A stretch of DNA of 63,998 bases, filler included, from Candidatus Babelota bacterium (GTDB taxonomy: Bacteria > JAGOBX01), in assembly GCA_017999075.1 (NCBI GenBank). It is 7 parts of 7 records of this genome, joined end to end, with 100 filler letters (N's around TTAATTAATTAA, not from the genome) between each part and the next. Parts side by side here need not be neighbours in the genome. Positions count along the whole stretch, not along the records: positions 55,675 to 63,998 come from JAGOBX010000138.1; 6 more parts are not named here. One strand, 5' to 3'. Numbering within the stretch: position 1 is the stretch's first letter; the number at the start of each line of letters is the position of its first letter. Below the pieces are notes generated by a model that saw nothing but the letters and a program-made list of their open reading frames with translations, did not search any database and was not told the DNA's origin. A program made the position numbers and the translations under genes. Below, in pieces: positions 62,958 through 63,998 of this stretch.

Positions 62958-62987
62958 GGCACATAAGAAGTTATCGGACTGTATCCG

Positions 62988-63998
62988 TCATTTTATTTTA
63001 AAATTTTTATTGTAATTCTTCACCATTTTTCCGAATGATTTATCCTTTTTACGCTTTTCATGATATGACATTTCATAGAATTCAGATTCTCTTATTATTT
63101 TAAGAAAATTTTTATATCTGCTTTCTTCAATTTCCCCCATTTTTACAGCTTCAATTATTGCACAGTCTTTTTCGTGAGTATGTGTACAGTCATTGAAACG
63201 GCATTGTTGAGAATATGAATAAAACTCATCGAATGTCTGAGTTATTCCATCTTCAATTTCAAAATTCCCAAGTTCTCTTATCCCTGGAGTGTCAATGAAA
63301 ATGCTGCCGGAATCAAGACATATAAGTTGACGTCTTACTGTGGTATGTCTGCCTTTTCCGCCTTTCTCACGCACTTCGTTAATTTTAAAAACATTTGAAC
63401 CTATCAACTTGTTAAGTAAAGAAGTCTTTCCAACGCCGGATTGTCCTAACAGGCAATATGTTTTCCCAATTAAAAGAATTTTCAACAATTCTTCTAATCC
63501 CTTTTCAGCAATATTACTAATAAGCAGATATTGATTTTTCAGTTTTAATAGATTACTTTTCAAATTTGCTAATTCTGAAGAAGATAGCAGATCAATTTTA
63601 CTAAAAACAACTATAGGTTGAATTCTGTTTTCATTAAGCATAACGAAATACCTATCCAGCAGATTGAAATTGAAATGTTCTGCCGACTGCAGAACTATTC
63701 CGAAATCAATATTAGCGGCGATTAACTGAAAATCTATTCGTTTACCTGATTCCTTGCGTTTCAATAAAGTTTTACGAGGCAAAACAGAATGAATTACTGC
63801 AAGTGTGTAATTGTTCAATGCTTGTATTGAGACCCAATCTCCGACCGTAGGCAGAACAGTTGAGTCTTCTGCATCAAATAAAAATTTTCCGGTAAGTTCT
63901 GCTAACATTTCATAGCTACCATCGGAAACTATCTAGCTATTTTTGTTGACTTCAATTACTCTTGCAAGTAAAAAGTCATCTTTAGTATACTCGTCAGC
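62988..63998 (-). pseudogene. rsgA: RsgA GTPase with in-frame TAG at 63933-63935 (5' end outside window)
   Basis: PTVGDWV, SKIDL, GQSGVGKTS, GRHTT, DTPGIRE, CRFNDCTHTHEKDC; upstream frame reads ARVIEVNKNS*IVSDG. Confidence 0.75.

Noticed and set aside
62955-62987. Integron attC site downstream of rsgA (CCGATAAC...TTATGTGCC on the minus strand)
   Set aside because: The two boxes are only a few bases apart with no inner L boxes, and there is no integrase or cassette array.
14400-63935. Stop-codon reassignment suggested by in-frame stops in xylF, the M20-like gene and rsgA
   Set aside because: The stops differ (TAA, TAG) and replace different expected residues. Dozens of long genes are intact under the standard code, and TAG ends the 21109 and 23948 genes at plausible termini.

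Overview
AT-rich bacterial draft-genome sequence made of seven contigs joined by six artificial 100-nt linkers (N44-TTAATTAATTAA-N44). The five complete contigs are in descending size order, so gene order is meaningless across linkers. Contig 1: cobalamin riboswitch, anti-sigma factor, MshEN-like/CheX protein, ATP-cone kinase, histidine kinase, glycosyltransferase, polA fragment. Contig 2: LacI regulator with operators, ABC binding proteins, gatC, PilZ-CheX fusion, tail of a probable sugar-phosphate microcompartment locus. Contig 3: Fe-S/sulfur operon containing a frameshifted GxxExxY gene with its own palindromic repeats, plus an IS1380 remnant. Contig 4: a voltage-sensor-HAMP-GAF protein coupled to a pore-only K+ channel, divergent from a possible split vitellogenin/MTP-like gene pair. 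Contig 5: large secreted multi-lectin proteins, with recurring basic KRG(V/L)R motifs in two secreted proteins. Contig 6: probable glycosyl-glycerate synthesis/recycling cluster. Contig 7: UvrD, CheY, amidase, TatD, RsgA. Best candidates for undescribed systems are the split voltage-sensor/K+ pore pair, the lipid-transfer-like pair and the GxxExxY/repeat element. All family calls come from motif recognition by eye; no database searches were run.
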